A DNA stretch of 64,000 bases from a virus, in IMG/VR virus record IMGVR_UViG_3300032245_001127. One strand, written 5' to 3'. The notes under the pieces are model-generated. The model saw only the letters and a program-made list of their open reading frames with translations, did no database searches and was not told the DNA's origin. A program made the position numbers and the translations under genes. The stretch's first letter is position 1. Every line of letters begins with the position of its first letter. Positions 18,494-27,707 of this stretch are shown here, one piece after another.

Positions 18494-20074
18494 TTAAAAA
18501 TTATATGGATTATAACTCTTATCGCTACCATCATCATAAAAACCAAATGGAGTTAATTCTTCCTCTATTTGCTTCATTTGATTTTGAAACATCTCTCTTC
18601 GAAGATTTACATCTGTTATTTCTTTAAAATAAGGATCAGATGTAAGCCATGCGAATAGAACACAAGTCATTGCAAGATCGTCATTATATCCATCGTCAGC
18701 AGAATATGATCCACCACGTTGAATAAATGTCGTCAATTCATTTATTATATCAATATCAAAGATAAGTAAATTCTTTGATTCGATTAAATTTTTTAAAGTT
18801 GTACAACCTTTTCTCTTTACTCGAGCATCAGTTGATACACCTAATTGTATATTTTTAGAACCAAACCCACCAGAAACAATCTGACCATTTGGTCCACGAG
18901 AAACAAATATCATATTCTCATATTCAATTTCATTATAAAGAATATATGGTACTTGTTCACTACTATTAATCTCAATTAGAACAAATGCTTTATTATAATC
19001 TTTTGCAACTTTTGCAATGATCGAAGGATAAAGCAGTGGACTTATTGTATTACTTCTATACTTTGCTACCACTTTATATGGCAACTCTGTTATATCAAAA
19101 ATTGTAAATGCACTATAATCTGCACCAATTCCTTTACTTGTATCAGCTACACAAATATATTTGTGTTTAAGTTCTGGCTTGTCAAGAACATCTAAACCAT
19201 CTTTACTATGAATAAATGATTTAGGCGATAGTGTACGAAGTGTATCACCAGCGATTAAAGTTAGTGTAGATCCAAGAAACTCACAAAGAACTTCTTGATT
19301 ATATTTTAATTCTCCTAATAAACTCTTTTGTGTTGCAGCCCACTTTTCATCTCTTCCTGGAATTTTCCAATAAGGAATAAAAAGATTTACAAATCCGTTT
19401 TTATTCTCTTTCGCATCATTCCAAAACTTCCAGAAATGATTATATCCTAAAGGAGTAGAAGATAATAATATCTTAGTTGTTTCTCCTGCTGAAATAGTAG
19501 GATATACTGAAGTAAAAAATTCATCAGCAACATTATTCGGCACAATTGCAGCTTCATCTACATATAACCAATTAACAGATTTACCACGAATCGCACTTGC
19601 TGAAGTTGCAGCTGTAAAAACTTTACTTCCGTTTTCTAATTCTATATCGCCTTTATTCCAAGTTGTTACACCTTGTTGTAACCAAATAGGCAAATTTTCA
19701 TACATTAATTGATAACGAGATAAAACTTCTCTTGCAGCAGTGGCTTTATTCGCAAGGATTGCAACTGTTACGTTATCAGTAAATAATGTAAAATGGAGTA
19801 TGCAAGCAGCAGATGTAATTGTTTTTCCTTGCTGTCTTCCTTCCATTAATATGACTTTACGATTCTTCATTATAATATCAACTTTTTCTCGTTGACAATC
19901 GTAAAGTTTAAAATCGACTAATCCTTTATCTAATGAAACTATTTTACAATATGTTTCTATAAAGTAAATTGGATTTTCTTTACATTTTAAATATTCTTTT
20001 ACTTGCTCTGGAGTAAAATCTATTTTTACACCTGCTGCTTTTAACGCAGCATTCGCATTATAAAAGTTCGCCAT
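18494..20074 (-). CDS. gp17: terminase large subunit
   Basis: RQQGKT Walker A, YVDEAA Walker B, SSTPLG, nuclease ADTSKG.G.DYS and DDLAM. Confidence 0.98.
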   Translation of the reverse strand: MANFYNANAALKAAGVKIDFTPEQVKEYLKCKENPIYFIETYCKIVSLDKGLVDFKLYDCQREKVDIIMKNRKVILMEGRQQGKTITSAACILHFTLFTDNVTVAILANKATAAREVLSRYQLMYENLPIWLQQGVTTWNKGDIELENGSKVFTAATSASAIRGKSVNWLYVDEAAIVPNNVADEFFTSVYPTISAGETTKILLSSTPLGYNHFWKFWNDAKENKNGFVNLFIPYWKIPGRDEKWAATQKSLLGELKYNQEVLCEFLGSTLTLIAGDTLRTLSPKSFIHSKDGLDVLDKPELKHKYICVADTSKGIGADYSAFTIFDITELPYKVVAKYRSNTISPLLYPSIIAKVAKDYNKAFVLIEINSSEQVPYILYNEIEYENMIFVSRGPNGQIVSGGFGSKNIQLGVSTDARVKRKGCTTLKNLIESKNLLIFDIDIINELTTFIQRGGSYSADDGYNDDLAMTCVLFAWLTSDPYFKEITDVNLRREMFQNQMKQIEEELTPFGFYDDGSDKSYNPYNF

Positions 20075-20089
20075 AAATTTCTTAAACGA

Positions 20090-21013
20090 TTAAATAACTG
20101 TAATCGTTCCTAACATTGTTCCAGGATTTGCTTTACTTCTATATTTGTAAGTATTTCCAGTTGCTGCAGACATTGGTATTGTAAACGTAATTGTTTCGTT
20201 TTGGTCTGCTTCATTTCTTGTTGATCCTGTAGAAGAAATATAATCAGTTGCTGGAGCAACATCAGAGGAATCTAATATTTCTAAAATTTGTCCTACTCTA
20301 GTATTTGTAAATTTATATGTTTCGCCACGCTGTACAATAATTGTTGGGTCGGACTCACCAGCAGTTGCAAGACCTCTTCCTGTAACTGTATAATTTGTAG
20401 TTCCAGTTCCTGCATATGTAAAGGTTGCTCTTGTATCAACAGCACCGACTGCTCCATTTACAGATGTTACTAATGCTTCTAATTGTATGTTACTTGCATC
20501 TGGGTTTGAAATAGATAAACCAGCACCTGCGATAATATTTACATCATCGATTGAACCTGATGAACCACTTAAACGAATTGCTCTTTGTCCTGAAACGATA
20601 GACTCAATGCTAATACCATAAGTGATAGTTGATACGTTATTTGTTAATGTGATTGTATTCGCATCAGTTCTTGCGATCGTTAATCCTGCGTTTGCACTTA
20701 ATATTGAAATGTCATCTGTTGTAGTATCAGAACCAGTTAAACGTACTTTCGCACCACTCGTAACTGTTTCAGCACTAATCGCATAAGTAGTGTTTGTGTC
20801 TATATCTGTATTTGGTACAAAATTCGTTCCGTCAAATTTTAATGTTGCTCCATTTGAAATAGAAGTTCCTGGAATTAATATACGTGGTGTGTTTCCACCA
20901 AGTGCTGTATATAATTCGTCAAAATTTGCTTGTATCTTTACGCCACCATCACGAAGTGTATTGCCTGTACCATCGTTTGGAGTAAGACCAACGTTTAATG
21001 TTTGTTTTGCCAT
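20090..21013 (-). CDS. gp9/gp10-like virion structural protein with C-terminal cupredoxin-like domain
   Basis: N-terminus MAKQTLNVG..PNDGTGNTLRDGG.KI.ANFDELY resembles the T4 gp9/gp10 N-terminal motif. Confidence 0.75.
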   Translation of the reverse strand: MAKQTLNVGLTPNDGTGNTLRDGGVKIQANFDELYTALGGNTPRILIPGTSISNGATLKFDGTNFVPNTDIDTNTTYAISAETVTSGAKVRLTGSDTTTDDISILSANAGLTIARTDANTITLTNNVSTITYGISIESIVSGQRAIRLSGSSGSIDDVNIIAGAGLSISNPDASNIQLEALVTSVNGAVGAVDTRATFTYAGTGTTNYTVTGRGLATAGESDPTIIVQRGETYKFTNTRVGQILEILDSSDVAPATDYISSTGSTRNEADQNETITFTIPMSAATGNTYKYRSKANPGTMLGTITVI

Positions 21014-21031
21014 ATTTTTATATTCCTTATT

Positions 21032-21778
21032 TTATTCTATATCAAAAGCACTTGTTTTGTATATCGTGCTCCAAGTTTCACTTGTAATTCCACCTGTATT
21101 TAGGTTACCAATTACTGTATATTGCTGATCAGGATTTCCTATATCCACGATCGCTTTCGAAATGATTTTACCATTTGGATTAACATAACCAAATAAATTA
21201 ATCTTTAATTGGAAATTCATAGTCCAAGTTACAAATCTTCTTGTTTCAAATGCACCATCATATTCATCACTAAAAACAATACTACTTAATACAATCGGCA
21301 CATCTGACACCACATTTAATGGAGTATTCAATGACTGTATTGACATTGTAAACTCTGGTGTAAAATATGGTAATATTTGCTCAACAATTTGTAAACCATC
21401 TTCAGTGGTTTTTGTTAAAGCATATAAACTAATATCCAAATTATAAGGTACTGGAGAATATACTGAAGTTGCACCAGTAACTGTATTTTGTGTTATATTA
21501 TTTAATCTTCCTACTTTTCTTGTAGGATCGTAATTAATTCCTGTCATTTCAAATGACAAACGAGGTAATGTCGTATAAACATTATTCTCTAATTTTGGAT
21601 CTTGGTCAATCCTTTGAATCCATTTTTCTTTTGGAGCATAAGCAATTGGTATTAATAGTGTTTGTTCTACACCACCTTGCTTATTTTTTCTCTCAATTTT
21701 AAGATCACTAAAAATTTTAGCAAATCCTATAATACAATTTCGTATCGTTTCATGATAATATGGTGCTTTTCCTAACAT
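21032..21778 (-). CDS. gp15: tail sheath stabiliser/terminator
   Basis: YYHETIR, IPIAYAPKEKW, TLPRLSFE, PVPYNL, QIVEQILPYFTP. Confidence 0.95.
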   Translation of the reverse strand: MLGKAPYYHETIRNCIIGFAKIFSDLKIERKNKQGGVEQTLLIPIAYAPKEKWIQRIDQDPKLENNVYTTLPRLSFEMTGINYDPTRKVGRLNNITQNTVTGATSVYSPVPYNLDISLYALTKTTEDGLQIVEQILPYFTPEFTMSIQSLNTPLNVVSDVPIVLSSIVFSDEYDGAFETRRFVTWTMNFQLKINLFGYVNPNGKIISKAIVDIGNPDQQYTVIGNLNTGGITSETWSTIYKTSAFDIE

Positions 21779-22695
21779 TAAAATTCTCCAAAAGGATTAT
21801 CTTCTGACCATGCAACTTTATTTCCAGAAGTATTTCTTTCAACTCTTGCAGAAACGTTATCACCATATCCACCTTGACGATCAACATTCATATTAATCGT
21901 ACATGTAGCAGTTGCTGTTACTCCACCTGCTGGCGCACTACTAATTGTTACGATTGGTACAGATCTAAACCCACTACCAACATTTGTAATTGTCGCACTA
22001 TTAATTTTTCCATTTTCAATCGTACAAACTGCTGTAGCATTTGTAAGTGGATCTCCACCAGAAAAAGTAATAGTTGGAGCAGTAATATATCCAGCACCAA
22101 TATTCGTAATTGTTAATGAATCTACGTACATTACTTCATTACGAGTTGGATTAATGTCAAAAGTTTTTAATGTTTCAAACGTATCAATTTCTGGAATACC
22201 AGTATCAAGTCGCTCAGAAGCATATTGGAATAATTCAACTTGTAATTTATATACATAAAGTTTTCCTAATTGATAGAAAGGATCTTGATGTTTTACAAAT
22301 TTAATTTCAAATAAACTTTTTGTTAAAGGAAAATAAATTAGATCTCCTTCAACTGGTCTTGATGTTAATATAGTATTACCATATTGACCAACTAATTGGT
22401 TCCACTTTCTTCTTGCTACTGTTAATGTAGCAGATTGTTCTAGCATTAAACCAAATTTTTGTATGAACGCACCTTGTCCATCATAACTATCTATATTATC
22501 AAAATACATTTCAATCGGATAAGCATGTTCAAATTTGCTTAAAGTATCTTCTCCAAGAATCTGATCTTTATTTACATACTTTCTTGGAATGTAATAAACA
22601 GATTGTCCATAAATGCTTAAAGATTCAATAATTAAATCTTCAATTAGATTCTGTTCGTTACCAGTCCCTTGCGTAAAATATACATTTCGAGACAT
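21778..22695 (-). CDS. gp14: neck protein
   Basis: EQNLIEDLIIES..IYG, YYIPR, RPVEGDLIYFP, PFYQLGK, C-terminal EDNPFGEF. Confidence 0.96.
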   Translation of the reverse strand: MSRNVYFTQGTGNEQNLIEDLIIESLSIYGQSVYYIPRKYVNKDQILGEDTLSKFEHAYPIEMYFDNIDSYDGQGAFIQKFGLMLEQSATLTVARRKWNQLVGQYGNTILTSRPVEGDLIYFPLTKSLFEIKFVKHQDPFYQLGKLYVYKLQVELFQYASERLDTGIPEIDTFETLKTFDINPTRNEVMYVDSLTITNIGAGYITAPTITFSGGDPLTNATAVCTIENGKINSATITNVGSGFRSVPIVTISSAPAGGVTATATCTINMNVDRQGGYGDNVSARVERNTSGNKVAWSEDNPFGEF

Positions 22696-22701
22696 AATTA
22701 C

Positions 22702-23442
22702 CTACCCTACAAAGAATTCTAATGGTGCACTCTTACCTGTTAATTCTTCTTCTAATTCTTTTTTTTCTTCAATTGCTTCAGCATACAACTTATCGCCATC
22801 TAGTGTTACACCTCCTGGAAGTGTTAAGCCAGAAAACTTTTTAAGATTAGTTCCCCATTGTTGTTTAAAAAGAACAGTTGTATATTTCTTTAACCAATTT
22901 TCATTCCAAACTCTTGCGAAACTTGCAGGATCGATTGCTTTATATGTGTCGATCATTAAATAGTCATCTACTTTTACGTTTACTCCCCAATTAATATCAA
23001 TATATAAACGATTTGTCAATCGATTAAAACGATATAATGGCATACCATTTAATATAGTATCAAGCATTTGTAAATGCCCCATTACAGTTGTAAAATAAAC
23101 AACTGATGTAGAAGTTAAATCGTATAAGTCATTTAATCTTAATTGATATTGTAAATCAAATATATTTTTTGATGTACTTGATCCAGAATAAATCGAATAA
23201 ACTCTCGATATACCAAAAACATTATCATTAATTGGAATATACTTATTTGTCAAATCTGAGTTTGTAACTTTATGCATTAAATATGCTCTCTCAGAACCAT
23301 CCCAATGATAGATATTAAAATATTCTAATGCTTCGTCAATGCGATCTTCTAATTGCTCATCTGCAACATTTATTTCAACAACAGGTGCACCCAATCTTCT
23401 AAGTGCATAATCTTTAAGTCCTTCTCTTGTAGAGATAGGCAT
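22702..23442 (-). CDS. gp13: neck protein
   Basis: LKDYALRRLGAPVVEINV, KQQWGTNLKKF..LTLPGGVTLDG. Confidence 0.96.
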   Translation of the reverse strand: MPISTREGLKDYALRRLGAPVVEINVADEQLEDRIDEALEYFNIYHWDGSERAYLMHKVTNSDLTNKYIPINDNVFGISRVYSIYSGSSTSKNIFDLQYQLRLNDLYDLTSTSVVYFTTVMGHLQMLDTILNGMPLYRFNRLTNRLYIDINWGVNVKVDDYLMIDTYKAIDPASFARVWNENWLKKYTTVLFKQQWGTNLKKFSGLTLPGGVTLDGDKLYAEAIEEKKELEEELTGKSAPLEFFVG

Positions 23443-23444
23443 GA

Positions 23445-26400
23445 TTACATACCCCCAAGAGCAATTGCTAATGCTGCTGCTGTTGAAGAAGAAACTCCAC
23501 CACCACCACCAACACCATTTGTAGCTGTAGCCACGCTCACGTTACTTCCTGAAGGATAACCACCTGCTGAATTATTATTAAATACAAAATAACCATCAGC
23601 ATGCATTGAAACTTTTGTTGATCCCATAAATAATGAAGCACCATCTAGATATAAATGTCTAAATTTATTTGCTGCTGATCCTAAATCAATTGTTGCGTTT
23701 GCGTTTGGTATTAAATTTCCACTAATTGTTGCAGCACCAATTGTTTTATTCGTTAGTGTATCTGTAGTCGCTCTACCAACTAATGTGTCTGTTGAAGTTG
23801 GTAATGTAAGTGTTCCTGTATTAGATATAGTGCTAATAATAGGCGAAGTTAAAGTTTTATTTGTAAGCGTATCAGTTGTTGCTCTTCCAACTAAAGTGTC
23901 AGTTGAAGTAGGTAATGTCAATGTTCCAGTGTTAGAGATAGAAGATATAACTGGAGATGTTAATGTTTTATTTGTTAAAGTATCTGTAGTCGTTCTACCA
24001 ACTAAAGTATCTGTTGATGTAGGTAATGTCAATGTTCCAGTGTTAGAGATAGAAGATATAACTGGAGATGTTAATGTTTTATTTGTTAATGTGTCTGTAG
24101 TTGCACGACCAACTAATGTATCAGTTGCTGATGGTAATGTTAATGTTCCGCTCGCAGTCGCAGCCACATTTAATGTTGTTTTACCTGAACTTGAACCACT
24201 TAATGCTAATGTTTTTCCTGCAGCAGTTTCAGTGTTTCCTAATACAACGACACCAGTTCCTTTTGGTGTAATATTAAGTCCAACATTTGCGTCTGATCCT
24301 GTTGCAGAAAGAGTTGGGTTATTTCCTGTTGCAGCATTGTTAATCGCAAGTTCATTTACAGCACCAAGCGTTTCATTAATTCTTAGAACAAGAGTACTAT
24401 TGTTTGTTATTATTCCAGCAAGCCCATAACCATTTGGCACAATCTTTGGTAATTCTAAGTTTTTATTCGTTAATGTTTCAGAACCATCTAAAGTCGCAAC
24501 AGTACCAGTTGTTGGTAAAGTTATTGATGTATTTGCAGTAGTTGTTAAACCAAGAGTATGAGCACCAGTATGTGTAAAATTACCACCAAGTGTAAGTGTT
24601 TTGCCAGAATTATTTACTCCAGTTCCACCATATTGACCAGCGATTGCTGAACCTTGCCATGTTCCACTCGAAATTGTTCCTAATGTTGTAATTGTGTTTT
24701 GACCAGCATATGTTGAAGCAATATCAATACTATTTGCATTTACAGTAATACGATCTGCAGTTCCAACTGCGTCAATTGTATTACCATCTTTTGTTAATCC
24801 ATTTCCAGCTATTATTTGACCAGCACCAGAAAATTGAGTAAATGAAATATTTGTAGTTCCGACTGTAACCATTGGGATTGTTTGTACAAATCCTTGATTA
24901 CCAAATTGTGTTCCATTTGATACAAATAAGAAATCACCACTCGCAACTTCTGAAACAGAATCAAAATCTGTTGCTCTTGTTAATATTGTTTTTGTTGCGT
25001 CAATAGTATAGATACCATTGTGAGCAGCATTTGCTTGATTTTTAATTAAAAGTCTATCACCACTTACTACTGTGTATGATGTATCTAAAGTTGTTAAAGC
25101 ATTTTGTAATGTTAATGTTGCACCATTTCCAGCTGTACCATTATCGTAAGTGACTGTGCCACCTGTTAAAACTGCAAGTGTGTCTGTTGTTGCAGCTTTT
25201 ACTGATGCATGAACGTGAAGACCTGCTTCAAGAGCATCAATATAAGATTTTGGAACAAGAGAATTAGCACCAAATCCTGCTCTTCCAGTATAACCAGCAG
25301 GAACATTTACAACTCCTGTTCCATCTGGCGATAATGATATATTAGAATTACTTGTTGTGCTAATAGTTGTGATAACTGGCGAAGTTAAAGTTTTATTTGT
25401 TAATGTTTCAGCACCACTAATTGTAACAAAATTATCATCTGATAATGCTGTATTAAATTCAGCTGTAGTTCCAGTAATTATATTATTAGCTAAATTGATT
25501 GATTTATTTGTTAATGTATCTGTAGTTGCTTTTCCAACTAAAGTATCTGTTCCTGTAGGAATAGTTATTGTTCCACTATTAGAAACAGAAGATATTACAG
25601 GAGTTGTTAATGTTTTGTTTGTTAATGTTTCTGTTCCAGTTAATGAAACGAAATTATCATCTGATAATGCAGTATTGAATTGTGCTAATGTTCCTGTAAT
25701 TGTGTTTGATGTTAAATCAATTGATTTGTTTGTTAATGTGTCTGTAGTTGCACGACCAACTAATGTATCTGTTCCAGTAGGAATAGTTATTGTTCCACTA
25801 TTAGAAATACTAGAAATAACAGGAGTAGTTAATGTTTTGTTTGTTAAAGTATCTGTTGTAGCTCTACCAACTAAAGTATCAGTTGATGTTGGTAATGTTA
25901 ATGTTCCAGTATTACTGATTGAAGATATTATAGGAGTCGTTAATGTCTTATTCGTTAATGTTTCTGTTCCTGCAAGTGTAGCGAAATCACCATCACTCAA
26001 TGCTGCATTAAACTCTGCTTTAGTACCTGTAATTGTATTAGTTGTAAGACTTATAGATTTATTTGTTAAAGTTTCAGAACCTGCTAATGTAGCAAAATCT
26101 GCATCAGTCATAGCTGCATTAAACTCTGCTTTAGTGCCTGTAATTGTATTAGTTGTAAGACTTATAGATTTATTTGTTAATGTATCTGATGTTGCTCGAC
26201 CAACTAAAGTATCAGTTGCGTCTGGAAGAGAAAGTGTTCTGTCTGCTGTTGGATCAACTGTTGTTAAAGTTGTTTCAAAATTATCAGCAGTTGCACCCTC
26301 AAATACAAAAGCATTTTGAATATTAACTGTTGTTGAGTCTACTGTAGTTGTTGTACCAGAAACAGTAAGATTACCTGTGACTGTTAAATTATTATTAACT

Positions 26401-27224
26401 GTTGTAGTACCTGTTCCAGCACCAAGATTTAAAGATGTAGCAGCACCACCAACGTTCAATGTTGTGGCAGTTGTATTTAATAAATTGAAAGTTGTTTGAG
26501 AAGTTGTTAGATCACCACCATTAACTGCTAAATCGCCAGCAATAACTGCGTTTCCTGTAGATGCGTTTGATGTAAATTTTGAAGTTGCAACAGAAAAATT
26601 ACTTTCAGCATTTAAAGTTCCTTTAATATTTGTATTTCCTGTAGATGCTTCGATTGTAACTTTATCCGTACCAATTGCTACGTTTCCAGTAATTGCAGCT
26701 GTACCCTCGATCGCAGTATTTCCATTTCCTGCGTTTACTGTAAATTTATCTGTATTTACTGAAAAGTTTCCAACTACATTTGCAGTTGAACCAAGAGATG
26801 CTGCACCAGTTGTGTTTAACGTGTTAGTTCTTACATCTGACCATTTTTTAGAAACTGTACCTAATGAATAAGTGTTATCTGTATTCGGAACTATATTTGA
26901 ATTTACATCTGCACCAAAAACAACATTATCAGTGTCAGCATCACCCATAGTGATTGTTCCACCATTAAATGTTGTTGTTCCTGTAACAGTTAAATTTCCG
27001 CCAACATTTACGTTTCCTGTTGTAGTTAAAGATGCAATCGAAGGAGTTGATGTAGCATCAACGTTTGTCATATCAGCACGTAATAATTCTTTACCACCTA
27101 CTGTTGATCCGTCATGAACAACAGCAACTTTTTTTGAAGTATTAATTGTTAATTCGCCATCTGCTCCTGTGAAAGATGCATGTTGGGCTGTCGTTCCTCT
27201 TCTTAATTGTAATTGTGTTGGCAT
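23445..27224 (-). CDS. long repeat-rich fibre protein (1259 aa) with Mtd_N-like N-terminal domain
   Basis: [12 protein letters not shown]...GELT...VHDG start; Thr/Gly-rich shaft; 37-aa TLTNK repeats; ends [11 protein letters not shown]. Confidence 0.85.
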   Translation of the reverse strand: MPTQLQLRRGTTAQHASFTGADGELTINTSKKVAVVHDGSTVGGKELLRADMTNVDATSTPSIASLTTTGNVNVGGNLTVTGTTTFNGGTITMGDADTDNVVFGADVNSNIVPNTDNTYSLGTVSKKWSDVRTNTLNTTGAASLGSTANVVGNFSVNTDKFTVNAGNGNTAIEGTAAITGNVAIGTDKVTIEASTGNTNIKGTLNAESNFSVATSKFTSNASTGNAVIAGDLAVNGGDLTTSQTTFNLLNTTATTLNVGGAATSLNLGAGTGTTTVNNNLTVTGNLTVSGTTTTVDSTTVNIQNAFVFEGATADNFETTLTTVDPTADRTLSLPDATDTLVGRATSDTLTNKSISLTTNTITGTKAEFNAAMTDADFATLAGSETLTNKSISLTTNTITGTKAEFNAALSDGDFATLAGTETLTNKTLTTPIISSISNTGTLTLPTSTDTLVGRATTDTLTNKTLTTPVISSISNSGTITIPTGTDTLVGRATTDTLTNKSIDLTSNTITGTLAQFNTALSDDNFVSLTGTETLTNKTLTTPVISSVSNSGTITIPTGTDTLVGKATTDTLTNKSINLANNIITGTTAEFNTALSDDNFVTISGAETLTNKTLTSPVITTISTTSNSNISLSPDGTGVVNVPAGYTGRAGFGANSLVPKSYIDALEAGLHVHASVKAATTDTLAVLTGGTVTYDNGTAGNGATLTLQNALTTLDTSYTVVSGDRLLIKNQANAAHNGIYTIDATKTILTRATDFDSVSEVASGDFLFVSNGTQFGNQGFVQTIPMVTVGTTNISFTQFSGAGQIIAGNGLTKDGNTIDAVGTADRITVNANSIDIASTYAGQNTITTLGTISSGTWQGSAIAGQYGGTGVNNSGKTLTLGGNFTHTGAHTLGLTTTANTSITLPTTGTVATLDGSETLTNKNLELPKIVPNGYGLAGIITNNSTLVLRINETLGAVNELAINNAATGNNPTLSATGSDANVGLNITPKGTGVVVLGNTETAAGKTLALSGSSSGKTTLNVAATASGTLTLPSATDTLVGRATTDTLTNKTLTSPVISSISNTGTLTLPTSTDTLVGRTTTDTLTNKTLTSPVISSISNTGTLTLPTSTDTLVGRATTDTLTNKTLTSPIISTISNTGTLTLPTSTDTLVGRATTDTLTNKTIGAATISGNLIPNANATIDLGSAANKFRHLYLDGASLFMGSTKVSMHADGYFVFNNNSAGGYPSGSNVSVATATNGVGGGGGVSSSTAAALAIALGGM
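23745..24150 (-). repeat. tandem 111-bp coding repeat (module B x3.5)
   Basis: TLTNK junctions at 24078, 23967, 23856, 23745. Confidence 0.95.
25360..26237 (-). repeat. tandem 111-bp coding array of two alternative modules (A-A-B-B-A-B-A)
   Basis: Eight TLTNK junctions exactly 111 bp apart, from 26169 to 25392. Confidence 0.95.
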
Positions 27225-27225
27225 G

Positions 27226-27582
27226 TTATATTAATCCTTGGTTATCTATAATTCTTAAACCATCTGTTGCTTGATTGTCGTATGTAAATAATACATTTTG
27301 TCCAAAAGCATCAACAGTTGGGTCTGTTATATTTCCATAATCTCCTAATGGAAATACACCATATTTAATTGCAAAAGAAAGTTGATTAAGTAATACGTCA
27401 TCAGTTCCTTCTTGTCCAGCAGTTCCTGCTCCAGATGAAAAATATGCTATTTGTCCTGCAGCATTTTTATAATAAAGTTTTCCATCTGCATAATTTAATG
27501 CAACTTCTCTATATGATAAATCAGAAGGAGATGGCGCAAGATTTGGTATTGCTGAACCTTTAAGTTTTACAACTGTTGCCAT
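27226..27582 (-). CDS. short fibre adaptor-like protein (118 aa)
   Basis: N-terminus VKLKGS...P..L...EVALNYADGKLYYK, similar to the start of the 880-aa protein. Confidence 0.8.
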   Translation of the reverse strand: MATVVKLKGSAIPNLAPSPSDLSYREVALNYADGKLYYKNAAGQIAYFSSGAGTAGQEGTDDVLLNQLSFAIKYGVFPLGDYGNITDPTVDAFGQNVLFTYDNQATDGLRIIDNQGLI

Positions 27583-27681
27583 TTACTTTTTTTCCTTTTG
27601 CTTTTTTCTTTTTTGTATCTCTTTATATCTCTTTTTTAACAATGTACGAAATGGGAGACCTGTACGTTTTCTTTGTGCCAT
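27583..27681 (-). CDS. 32-aa highly basic peptide (absent from the ORF track)
   Basis: MAQRKRTGLPFRTLLKKRYKEIQKRKKQKEKK; its TAA directly abuts the next ATG. Confidence 0.6.
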   Translation of the reverse strand: MAQRKRTGLPFRTLLKKRYKEIQKRKKQKEKK

Positions 27682-27707
27682 TTTAGATCTTTACTTCTAA
27701 AATTTAA

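Noticed and set aside
3068-20074. Introns, inteins or homing endonucleases in core genes
   Set aside because: gp46, uvsW, gp23, gp20 and gp17 are uninterrupted and of ordinary length; no HNH, GIY-YIG or LAGLIDADG ORF seen.
23745-26237. Regularly spaced repeats as a CRISPR array
   Set aside because: They are in-frame 111-bp coding repeats with synonymous variation, no unique spacers and no cas genes.
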